A stretch of DNA of 64,000 bases from an uncultured Bacteroidales bacterium (GTDB lineage Bacteria; Bacteroidota; Bacteroidia; Bacteroidales; UBA932). The DNA lies in contig CALVDH010000009.1 of NCBI GenBank assembly GCA_944326235.1, positions 4,795 through 68,794 on the forward strand. Reading direction: 5' to 3'. A program made the position numbers and the translations under genes. Of the stretch, positions 54,276 to 63,187 are shown one piece after another. Below the pieces are notes generated by a model. That model had not been told where the DNA came from. It did not search any database and saw only the letters and a list, made by a program, of their open reading frames with translations. The number at the start of each line of letters is the position of its first letter. Position 1 is the stretch's first letter.

Positions 54276-54710
54276 TTAGACTATGGGCTTGCGTTTGGAA
54301 CACTCGGGGCAGAGACCCTTGACGGTGTAGTTGATGGTCTCGATACGATAACCTTCCGGCAGGGCGACTACGGGTATCTTGACGTCCTCGATGCAGAATG
54401 TCCGGCGGCACTCCTCGCAGTAGAAATGGATGTGGCGGTTTTCGACCCGGCAGACGGTGGATTCGCAGCGGCATATCTCGTATTTTGTGGATCCGCTGCC
54501 GTCCTCGAACGAATGAATCGCGTGATGTTCGAGCAGGACGTTGAGGGTGCGGAATATCGTGGACTTGTCCATGGTCTCCAGTTCTGTTTCCAGTTCGGTC
54601 ATGGATACGGGATGAGTGAGCTCCGAGAGTTTCTGGAGTACGAGGATGCGGGCCGCGGTCGGGTGGATGCCGTGGGCCTGGAGTTGCTGCTCGATAGTTT
54701 CTACTGCCAT
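54276..54710 (-). CDS. Fur-family metalloregulator (Zur-like)
   Basis: Trimmed to the ATG at 54710 (MAVETIEQQLQAHGIHPTAARILVLQKL). C-terminal Cys pairs CEECRRTFC and CPECSKR. Confidence 0.88.
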   Translation of the reverse strand: MAVETIEQQLQAHGIHPTAARILVLQKLSELTHPVSMTELETELETMDKSTIFRTLNVLLEHHAIHSFEDGSGSTKYEICRCESTVCRVENRHIHFYCEECRRTFCIEDVKIPVVALPEGYRIETINYTVKGLCPECSKRKPIV

Positions 54711-55253
54711 TTCCTTAGGTTGGTTTTCGGATGCGAAGATGGGAAAAAGTGCGGATAAATGAAAAACATTTCGCGAAAAGTGGCCCTGGCTGTGTCGTGA
54801 CACCCCGCTGAAGGGTAAGGCAAGAGGCCTCGTGGCCTCGAATGCGTTATGTCGCCTATTCTGAGCATTGGCTGATGCGTTGGTGATGATGATGAATGAT
54901 GATGATGCGGTAGTGACTGTCAGTGTCTGTTATGAGTGTTTTCGCCATAACTTGGTGATTATTCGTGGTTTGACTGATTTTCCCGAGCAACAGACTGAGC
55001 CCTGGTCCCATGTGTCTGTAAAGCGCTGATTCTGAAAATGCGCTCAGTCACAGCTGTTTTGTGCAAAATACGGATAACAGACTCAAAGTGTGCCATTTTG
55101 CGCAACCGAGCATAGAGATACCTGAGGGGCATTTGTCGTTCACATACCTCTTTTGAGTGTAGTCAGTCTGTAAATTGTATTTTTAGGATAAATTTCTTAT
55201 TAACAATGATTTATGAATATTTTGCAATAACAGACACGGGGTGACAGAAGAGG

Positions 55254-55931
55254 TTATTCTCTGTGTGCCAGGGCGCTGATGAGTGTGAGGTAGGCGGGAG
55301 GCGCATCTGGTCTGCCCCACTGGAGTTCAATGCCGAAGAGTCCGGAGGTGGTGCGGGTTACGTCTAGGCCGAGGGTCTCGAGGGAGGGACGGATGCTTTC
55401 GGGGTGGCGGCAGGGCAGGTTCTCGCGGCGGGTGCAATGCTCCGGCGGGCAGAGCAGGCAGGTGCCGGCGAAGAAGGCGCGGGCGGCAGGGGCTCCTACG
55501 GCATTGGCTCCGCTAGGCATGGCTGTCTGTGGGTTTCGAAGTGTTGTACGTTCAGCCTGTGCCTCAATATCCTGCTCCATTCCGAGGAGCATCCGGTCGA
55601 GCCGCTGCCGTTCCCGGCGGATAATCAGGTCGACTGTCTCCGGGGTGAGCGCGACTCCTTCCGAAGGAGTTATCACGGTGGCCAGCAGCGAGATGGTTGT
55701 ATATTTCCCCAGAAGTGCCGTCTCGTCGAAATCGTAGGGAGGGCAGGCCCAGCAGTTGCCGTAGCGGCCACATTCAAGGCAGTATCCCCGCACCCGTGCG
55801 AAGTCCCGGTAGCCGGCGATGTATTCGGCCATCGGCATTTTCAGCCATCGGTCCTGCGCGGTGTATGCCGCTGCGTGGCCCGCCGCATTTGCCTGTGTCA
55901 TATTTCCCTGAGTAACGTCTTTCTGTGCCAT
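55254..55931 (-). CDS. DUF2284-like Cys-rich metal-binding protein
   Basis: Motifs CLECGRYGNCWACPPYDF and CLLCPPEHCTRRENLPCRHPE. The track start at 55943 is a TTG lying inside the -7 box, so the ATG at 55931 is used. Confidence 0.7.
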   Translation of the reverse strand: MAQKDVTQGNMTQANAAGHAAAYTAQDRWLKMPMAEYIAGYRDFARVRGYCLECGRYGNCWACPPYDFDETALLGKYTTISLLATVITPSEGVALTPETVDLIIRRERQRLDRMLLGMEQDIEAQAERTTLRNPQTAMPSGANAVGAPAARAFFAGTCLLCPPEHCTRRENLPCRHPESIRPSLETLGLDVTRTTSGLFGIELQWGRPDAPPAYLTLISALAHRE

Positions 55932-55940
55932 ATTCGTCCG

Positions 55941-55948
55941 CAAATATA
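55941..55948 (-). promoter_or_regulatory. -7 box for the DUF2284 gene
   Basis: CAAATATA on the plus strand equals TATATTTG on the minus strand, 9 nt from the ATG at 55931. A CAAA (-33-like TTTG) falls inside the first 105-bp repeat. Confidence 0.4.
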
Positions 55949-55954
55949 CTCAAT

Positions 55955-56208
55955 CCTTCCGCAGCGGCAGCAAATCCCGTGATTCGGTGCCGTTGTGGCA
56001 GCCGCATGTCACCGTTACCTTCGCTGTGGCCTTTCTGAGCGGCATTGTCCTTCGCGTTCCCTTCCGCAGCGGCAGCAAATCCCGTGATTCGGTGCCGTTG
56101 TGGCAGCCGCATGTCACCGTTACCTTCGCTGTGGCCTTTCTGAGCGGCATTGTCCTTCGCGTTCCCTTCCGCAGCGGCAGCAAATCCCGTGATTCGGTGC
56201 CGTTGTGG
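55955..56208. repeat. 105-bp tandem repeat, 2.4 copies, no mismatch seen
   Basis: The unit CCTTCCGCAGCGGCAGCAAATCCCGTGATTCGGTGCCGTTGTGGCAGCCGCATGTCACCGTTACCTTCGCTGTGGCCTTTCTGAGCGGCATTGTCCTTCGCGTTC starts at 55955, 56060 and 56165. The third copy is truncated at 56208. Confidence 0.95.
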
Positions 56209-56277
56209 AAAACTGGACGTCGGAGCATACGTCAAAAAATAATCGGCACCTGAACCGATAAAGAAAAAAATTATTTT

Positions 56278-56285
56278 TAACTTTG
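56278..56285 (+). promoter_or_regulatory. -7 box for beta-propeller paralog 2
   Basis: TAACTTTG, 27 nt upstream of the ATG at 56313. Confidence 0.45.
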
Positions 56286-56312
56286 AGACAGAAATCCAAA
56301 ATCTACTGAGCC

Positions 56313-57533
56313 ATGAAAACAAAAGCATTTCTTTCAACACGCTGCCTGTGTGCAGCCATGACCGGATTCCTGATGCTGACGGCGGTTTCGTGCGGGCAGA
56401 AGGACAACGGTACGGGGCTGGTCTCCGTGAAGTATTCGCAACTGCCGCAGGGGGAGGACCTGATGCTGTCGGAGCTGGTCGGCGAGCTGGAGTTTATTGT
56501 CCTGGACAGCGATACTGCGGTGGCCTATACGCCTATGGCATGGATCAATGTGTCGGACAACTACATTTCCACCTATTCGATTGCGCCGCGGACGCCTTTG
56601 AAGTTCTTTGACCGCTCTACAGGGAAATTCCTAAGGACCTATGGAGCTGTAGGCCGCGGTCCCGGGGAGTTCCTGCAGATATCGTCCGTGCAGATAGACG
56701 AGGCGGGAGGGAAGATCTGGATGAGGACTTATCCGGATATCAATCAGTTGCACGCCTACGATATCGCGACCGGGGAGATGGAGGATGTCCCGCTGGCCTA
56801 CAGCACGGATGACGGGTCATGGCTGGACTATAGTTTCAAGGTAGACGGTCTGGAGCGGAATATCACGGTGGCTGTAAAGCCGGAGAACAACGGCTGTCCG
56901 GCTCTGGCCTGGTGCCAGGACTATGAGGGCAATGTGCTCTGGGAGATCCCTAAGACGTATTCATTCCCGGAAGATAACCGCGCCATGATGGACACGGACC
57001 GCAATGTGCAGGGGATGCTGGATGTGTCATACCGCTCTACGAATACGATGCAGGATACGGTCTGGCTTTACGGAGGCGGGGAGGCTCATCCGCTTCTGAC
57101 GATCAGTTTCGGACAGACGGAGCAGTCGGAGGCTGCCGGCTATACGGACGGCAACTACATCTATTTTACGACGGTCCTGCCAGGCCATATTGTGATGATT
57201 GTCACGAAGCAGGGCAAATCGGTAATGAAGGAGGGAGTCCGGCATGTCAGTACGGAACCGCTGCCCGGAGTAATCATGGACCGCAGGACCGGGGATGTTC
57301 ATCTCGGCGGGGTGGTCAATGATTTGATGGACGGTGAAGGGGTCGGTATCGGGGATTTTGTTGACGGCTACGCGGTCTGTCAATATGATGCGGCGAGTTT
57401 CATGGAGGCCGGCCGCACCGCTCTCGAGTCCGGCAATCTCAGCGATGCCGCCCGTGCCCGTATCTCGGAAATCCTCTCGGTGCTCTCGGAGGAGGACAAT
57501 GATGTGCTGATGATTGCGCCGCTCAACAAGTAG
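56313..57533 (+). CDS. 6-bladed beta-propeller family lipoprotein (paralog 2)
   Basis: Lipobox TAVSC. Collinear with ORF 4615..5841 over its full length (see the shared motifs listed there). Confidence 0.7.
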   Translation: MKTKAFLSTRCLCAAMTGFLMLTAVSCGQKDNGTGLVSVKYSQLPQGEDLMLSELVGELEFIVLDSDTAVAYTPMAWINVSDNYISTYSIAPRTPLKFFDRSTGKFLRTYGAVGRGPGEFLQISSVQIDEAGGKIWMRTYPDINQLHAYDIATGEMEDVPLAYSTDDGSWLDYSFKVDGLERNITVAVKPENNGCPALAWCQDYEGNVLWEIPKTYSFPEDNRAMMDTDRNVQGMLDVSYRSTNTMQDTVWLYGGGEAHPLLTISFGQTEQSEAAGYTDGNYIYFTTVLPGHIVMIVTKQGKSVMKEGVRHVSTEPLPGVIMDRRTGDVHLGGVVNDLMDGEGVGIGDFVDGYAVCQYDAASFMEAGRTALESGNLSDAARARISEILSVLSEEDNDVLMIAPLNK

Positions 57534-57555
57534 CGCCCGTTCTTTTCCACAAGGG

Positions 57556-57880
57556 CTGCGGATTCGCGGAATACACTCCTTCGGGAGGAGTCGTGAAAAT
57601 GTGCGTTTACGGCACTCCTTTGGAAGGAGTACGGAGGTGAAGCATGGGCAGAATGGCTTTACAGGTGCTGTGGCGCGGATTCGCGGAATACACTCCTTCG
57701 GAAGGAGTCGTGAAAATGTGCGTTTGCGGCACTCCTTTGGAAGTAGTACGGAGGTGAAGCATGGGCAGAATGGCTTTACGGAGTGCTGTGGTACGAATTT
57801 GCGGAATACACTCCTTCGGGAGGAGTGTTTGAAGAGGGCAGTTTGGGAACTCCTTCGGATGGTGGGAAGGAGTATGGAGG
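57556..57880. repeat. ~117-bp tandem repeat, about 2.8 copies, each with two ACTCCT/AGGAGT hairpins
   Basis: Copies start at about 57556, 57668 and 57786. Copies 1 and 2 are nearly identical and copy 3 decays after ~45 nt. Hairpins include 57575..57591 (ACTCCT-TCGGG-AGGAGT) and 57614..57630 (ACTCCT-TTGGA-AGGAGT). Confidence 0.9.
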
Positions 57881-57938
57881 CGGGGCGGGAGGAGTAGGCG
57901 GAGGAAATGGGAAGTTGGCTGGGAAAGGAAAAGTTTTG

Positions 57939-57946
57939 TATTTTTG
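57939..57946 (+). promoter_or_regulatory. -7 box for the nitroreductase gene
   Basis: TATTTTTG, 16 nt before the ATG at 57963 and 28 nt before the ATG at 57975. Confidence 0.45.
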
Positions 57947-57962
57947 GGAACTTTTCAGGAAA

Positions 57963-58715
57963 ATGTTCGGTACAATGGCAAGATTCAAGGATAGAAGAAG
58001 CATCCGGAAATATTCGCGGCGCGGGATTCCGGAGGGACTGATTGCGGCTATGGCCGAGGAGGCTTTGAGGGCTGCGACTATGGGCAATATGCAGCTGTAT
58101 TCGCTGGTGGTCACTGAGGACGGGCCGGAAAGGGAGGCTCTGGCAGCGGCGCATCATCATCAGCCGATGGTTCAGGAGGCTCCGGCGGTGCTGACGTTCT
58201 GCGCGGACTTTCACAGGTTCAGCCGGTGGTGTGAGGAACGGGACGCTGCGCCGGGCTATGGCAACTTTGTCTCTTTCATCAATGCGGCTACGGACACACT
58301 GCTGTTTGCCCAGGCGTTCATTACTCTGGCGGAGGAGTGCGGTCTGGGTACCTGCATCCTCGGTACGACGGTTTACAATCCCGATAAGATCATCGAGGCC
58401 CTGCATCTGCCGCCCCTCGTAGTGCCCGTGCTGACCGTCACCCTCGGCTGGCCGGACGAGGCTCCGGAGCAGACTGACCGCCTGCCGGTGGAGGCTATCC
58501 TGCACGCCGGTCATTATCACGACTATACAGCGGAGAATATTGACCGCATCTACGCTGAGAAGGAGGCTCTTCCTGAGAGCCGTTATTTCGTGGACCTCAA
58601 CGGCACGGACAACCTCGCTCAGGTTTTCACCCGCTTCCGTTTCACGCGGCAGGAGTGCCTGGAGATGTCCGCGAAGATGCGGGAAGTACTGAAGTCGCAG
58701 GGGTTCTGTGAATGA
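57963..58715 (+). CDS. nitroreductase family protein
   Basis: Track ORF 57783..58715 trimmed past the repeat array. FKDRRSIRKY, the nitroreductase core and the C-terminal extension are intact. The start could also be 57975. Confidence 0.85.
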   Translation: MFGTMARFKDRRSIRKYSRRGIPEGLIAAMAEEALRAATMGNMQLYSLVVTEDGPEREALAAAHHHQPMVQEAPAVLTFCADFHRFSRWCEERDAAPGYGNFVSFINAATDTLLFAQAFITLAEECGLGTCILGTTVYNPDKIIEALHLPPLVVPVLTVTLGWPDEAPEQTDRLPVEAILHAGHYHDYTAENIDRIYAEKEALPESRYFVDLNGTDNLAQVFTRFRFTRQECLEMSAKMREVLKSQGFCE

Positions 58716-59030
58716 GGTAAGGGCGATAAACGGCAAACAGTAACAGTAAGTAGTGTGCCATCTCAAAAATGTAAAAGTTTGGTGAGAGAATACCTCGTGT
58801 GCGGTTTAAGGGCAGTTGTGAGTGAGGACGGACAAACGGTAAGTAGTGCATCACCCATAAACTGCAATAGTTTGGTGTATAAGGCTTTATGATGAGGACA
58901 TGCGCTTTTCGGCATGCTCCGGACTGGCGGCAAGCACACGCACCTTTCATAAGTTTCTGATTATTGAGTGATTACAAAACTACCCCGCGTCAGTACCGAC
59001 CGTAAGTTTTGCTCAGATTGCCAAATATGT

Positions 59031-59038
59031 TACATTTG
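59031..59038 (+). promoter_or_regulatory. -7 box for the DUF456 gene
   Basis: TACATTTG, 29 nt upstream of the ATG at 59068. Confidence 0.45.
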
Positions 59039-59067
59039 CGTACTGAAAGTTCAGACTGACGCACGAT

Positions 59068-59562
59068 ATGGAAATTTTCATCGACATAGTAGCCGTAATA
59101 CTCGGCATCGTAGGCCTTCTCGGCTGTATTCTGCCCGTGCTGCCCGGTCCTCCGTGCAGTCTGGCGGGTATGTTTCTGCTATTTCTCTGGGGTTCGCCTC
59201 AAGCTCTGGACGACATCACCTGGCGTCTGCTGATCATCATGCTGATAGTCACGGTGATAGTGACCGTTCTGGACTATGTGGTGCCGGGCTGGCTGACCCG
59301 GGTGACCGGCGGCACGAAGTACGCTTCGCGCGGAGCGACGGCCGGCATGCTCGTAGGCATCCTGTTCTTCCCGCCCTGGGGCATGATCGCAGGAGCATTC
59401 ATCGGGGCCCTCGCCGCCGAACTCTACTGGGGCGAGAAGAAGATGGGGCAGGGTCTCAAGGCCGCGACAGGCTCCTTCCTCGGCTTCCTGCTCGGGACGG
59501 GCCTCAAGTTCGCCGCTTCCGGAGTGATGCTCTACTACATCGTCATTGCCCTCATCCCGTAA
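59068..59562 (+). CDS. DUF456-like small membrane protein
   Basis: Four TM segments and the motif LPVLPGPP near the N-terminus. 164 aa. Confidence 0.75.
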   Translation: MEIFIDIVAVILGIVGLLGCILPVLPGPPCSLAGMFLLFLWGSPQALDDITWRLLIIMLIVTVIVTVLDYVVPGWLTRVTGGTKYASRGATAGMLVGILFFPPWGMIAGAFIGALAAELYWGEKKMGQGLKAATGSFLGFLLGTGLKFAASGVMLYYIVIALIP

Positions 59563-59623
59563 ATTATGCGATTTTCATTATGAGAAATTCATTATGAAAT
59601 TTGCATAATGAAAAATTCATAAT

Positions 59624-59631
59624 TACATTTG
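59624..59631 (+). promoter_or_regulatory. -7 box for the second orphan ATPase
   Basis: TACATTTG, 32 nt upstream of the ATG at 59664. It is preceded by the inverted repeat TCATTATG-N7-CATAATGA (59589..59611). Confidence 0.4.
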
Positions 59632-59663
59632 TGCCTGTAAACCATAGTAAATACAGGTGCGAT

Positions 59664-60815
59664 ATGAATCCTTTTATCATTGTCGGAGACGTTCCGAAAG
59701 AATACTTCTGTGACAGGGTAGCAGAATCAGACCACATAATCCGAAGTGTTACAGGAGGTGCAAATATGTGCCTTATCTCTGAGAGACGGTTGGGCAAATC
59801 CAAACTCATCCGTTTCTGCTATGACAGGGAGGAGATATCTGACAGATACTACACATTCTATGTGGATATTCTGCATACTGCATGTTTCCAGGAATTTACA
59901 TACGAATTCGGTCAGGCTGTCTTCAACCGTCTGCGCTCCAGAAGCCGGAAGATGCTGCAGAACTTTGTCCAGGGGCTTAAATCCATTAATGCGGAATTCG
60001 GCTTCGACCCGGTCAGCGGCCTTCCGACATTCAGTTTAGGGCTTGGAGACATATCCCGCCCCGAATATACGCTGGCGGAGATCTTCCTGTGTCTTGAGCA
60101 GGCAGATCGTCCGTGCATCGTGGCTTTCGATGAGTTCCAGCAGATAGGCAAGTATCCTGAGAAAAATATCGAGGCCCTTCTCCGTTCGCATATACAGCAT
60201 CTTGGCAATGTGCATTTTATATTCTCCGGCAGTGAGACCCACTTGCTGTCGCAGATGTTCATGTCATCAGCCAGGCCGTTTTATCACAGTGCCTCGATGC
60301 TGGAACTGAAACCGATTGATCCCGAGAAATATTCAGAATTCGTCATAAGACATTTTGAGAAAGGAAAGAAAAGAATTGCCCCGGAGGCAGTCGGCAAGGT
60401 GTACGGGCTTTTCGAAGGCAATACGTACTGTATGCAGAAGACTTTTCACGAGGCATACGCGACCGTGCCCGAGGGCGGGGAATGTACGGTGGCGATATTG
60501 AGGGAGACTGTGGACTCCATCATAGAGGAGGCTTCTGTGGGCTATCGTATGATGCTCTCGGATATTCCGTTAAGGCAGAAGGAACTGCTGTATGCCGTAG
60601 CCGGGGATGTCCGTGCCCAAAAGATAATGGGGGTGGACTTCATCCGCCGTCACTCTCTCGCCTCCAGCAGTGCAGTGCAGACAGCGGCGGCCAAGCTGAC
60701 AAGTATGGAACTGCTGGCGGTCAGGGACGGAGTGTATTATGTCCCGGATATTCTTCTGAGAATGTTCCTGCAGCGGCTGATGAATCCTCAGAAGGAGTTT
60801 TTCCCGGAAGAATAA
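59664..60815 (+). CDS. orphan P-loop NTPase (Arch_ATPase-like), second copy of the superfamily
   Basis: The track start at 59601 is a TTG, so it is trimmed to the ATG at 59664 (MNPFIIVGD). Walker A-like SERRLGKS and Walker B IVAFDEFQQ. The sampled line is about 38% GC. Confidence 0.7.
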   Translation: MNPFIIVGDVPKEYFCDRVAESDHIIRSVTGGANMCLISERRLGKSKLIRFCYDREEISDRYYTFYVDILHTACFQEFTYEFGQAVFNRLRSRSRKMLQNFVQGLKSINAEFGFDPVSGLPTFSLGLGDISRPEYTLAEIFLCLEQADRPCIVAFDEFQQIGKYPEKNIEALLRSHIQHLGNVHFIFSGSETHLLSQMFMSSARPFYHSASMLELKPIDPEKYSEFVIRHFEKGKKRIAPEAVGKVYGLFEGNTYCMQKTFHEAYATVPEGGECTVAILRETVDSIIEEASVGYRMMLSDIPLRQKELLYAVAGDVRAQKIMGVDFIRRHSLASSSAVQTAAAKLTSMELLAVRDGVYYVPDILLRMFLQRLMNPQKEFFPEE

Positions 60816-61409
60816 TCAGACGGTGGTGTAGTTGCCGCGGGATAGGACGATGACGCGGCAGGCCATCTCGAAAAATACGGCGCGGCGGAAGGTGTCGGGG
60901 AAGTCGGGGCCGCAGGCGACCTGTCCGTGGTTGGACATCAGGACAATGTCGTGGGCGGTGAGGGCTTCTACGACCGCAGCGGCGAGCTCAGGGCTGCCGG
61001 GCGGGAGGAACGGCACCACAGGTACATCCCGGCCCACGTAGAGCGGTCCCTCGAGGGTTACATTGAAGTCTGCCGGCTTGTCCTTCATGCAGGCCACGAC
61101 TGTGGCACAGGGGGACTGGAAGTGCAGGACGCAGCCGACTTCCGGCCTTTTCCGCATTGTCCCGAGGTGAAATCCGGCCTCCATCGTGGGACGCACTCCG
61201 TTCAGGGAGGTGCCGTCGCTGATGCGGCAGAGGGCGACCTGGTCTTCCCGCAGTTCCCCGAGCCAGGAGCCGGTCGCCGAGAGGAGGGCGCAGTCCTCAT
61301 TGTCCTGGCCCTTGCACCGCAGGGAGAGGTTGCCGCTGCTGCACGACAGCAGCCCGGCCTCGGCGCATTTGTGGGCGCATTCCAGAAAATATTGTACTTC
61401 CTTTTCCAT
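60816..61409 (-). CDS. class II aldolase/adducin family protein
   Basis: 197 aa with SSGNLSLR, HFQSP and SNHGQVACG contexts typical of the fold. Confidence 0.85.
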   Translation of the reverse strand: MEKEVQYFLECAHKCAEAGLLSCSSGNLSLRCKGQDNEDCALLSATGSWLGELREDQVALCRISDGTSLNGVRPTMEAGFHLGTMRKRPEVGCVLHFQSPCATVVACMKDKPADFNVTLEGPLYVGRDVPVVPFLPPGSPELAAAVVEALTAHDIVLMSNHGQVACGPDFPDTFRRAVFFEMACRVIVLSRGNYTTV

Positions 61410-61420
61410 TTTACTGGATT

Positions 61421-63061
<1,641 letters not shown>

Positions 63062-63080
63062 TTTTTGCGGATTATCCTAA

Positions 63081-63088
63081 CAAAAATA
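63081..63088 (-). promoter_or_regulatory. -7 box for the sulfatase-aldolase pair
   Basis: CAAAAATA on the plus strand equals TATTTTTG on the minus strand, 19 nt from the ATG at 63061. Confidence 0.4.
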
Positions 63089-63122
63089 CAAAAAAACGGC
63101 GGAACGGCGGTGGAAATAGGAA

Positions 63123-63157
63123 GAAAAAGCCGCGCTCCGGAGTGTGGGGCGCGGCTT
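63123..63157 (-). terminator. rho-independent terminator of the M56/TonB gene
   Basis: AGCCGCGC-N13-GCGCGGCT. On the minus strand it is followed by TTTTTCTT. Confidence 0.6.
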
Positions 63158-63187
63158 CTGCGGTGCGGTGGTCCGGGCTGCGGAAGT

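Noticed and set aside
55774-56340. ORFs reading through the tandem arrays: 55774..56340 (-), 55950..56228 (-), 55987..56253 (+), 57514..57897 (+) and 57027..58766 (-).
   Set aside because: The arrays are open in several frames at once. The starts are TTG or GTG codons without promoter boxes. The peptides are simply the repeat unit translated. One of these ORFs would also overlap the well-supported propeller and nitroreductase genes.
55955-57880. CRISPR array hypothesis for the 105-bp and 117-bp repeats.
   Set aside because: The units are contiguous with no unique spacers. They are far longer than CRISPR repeats, and no cas gene is present in the window.
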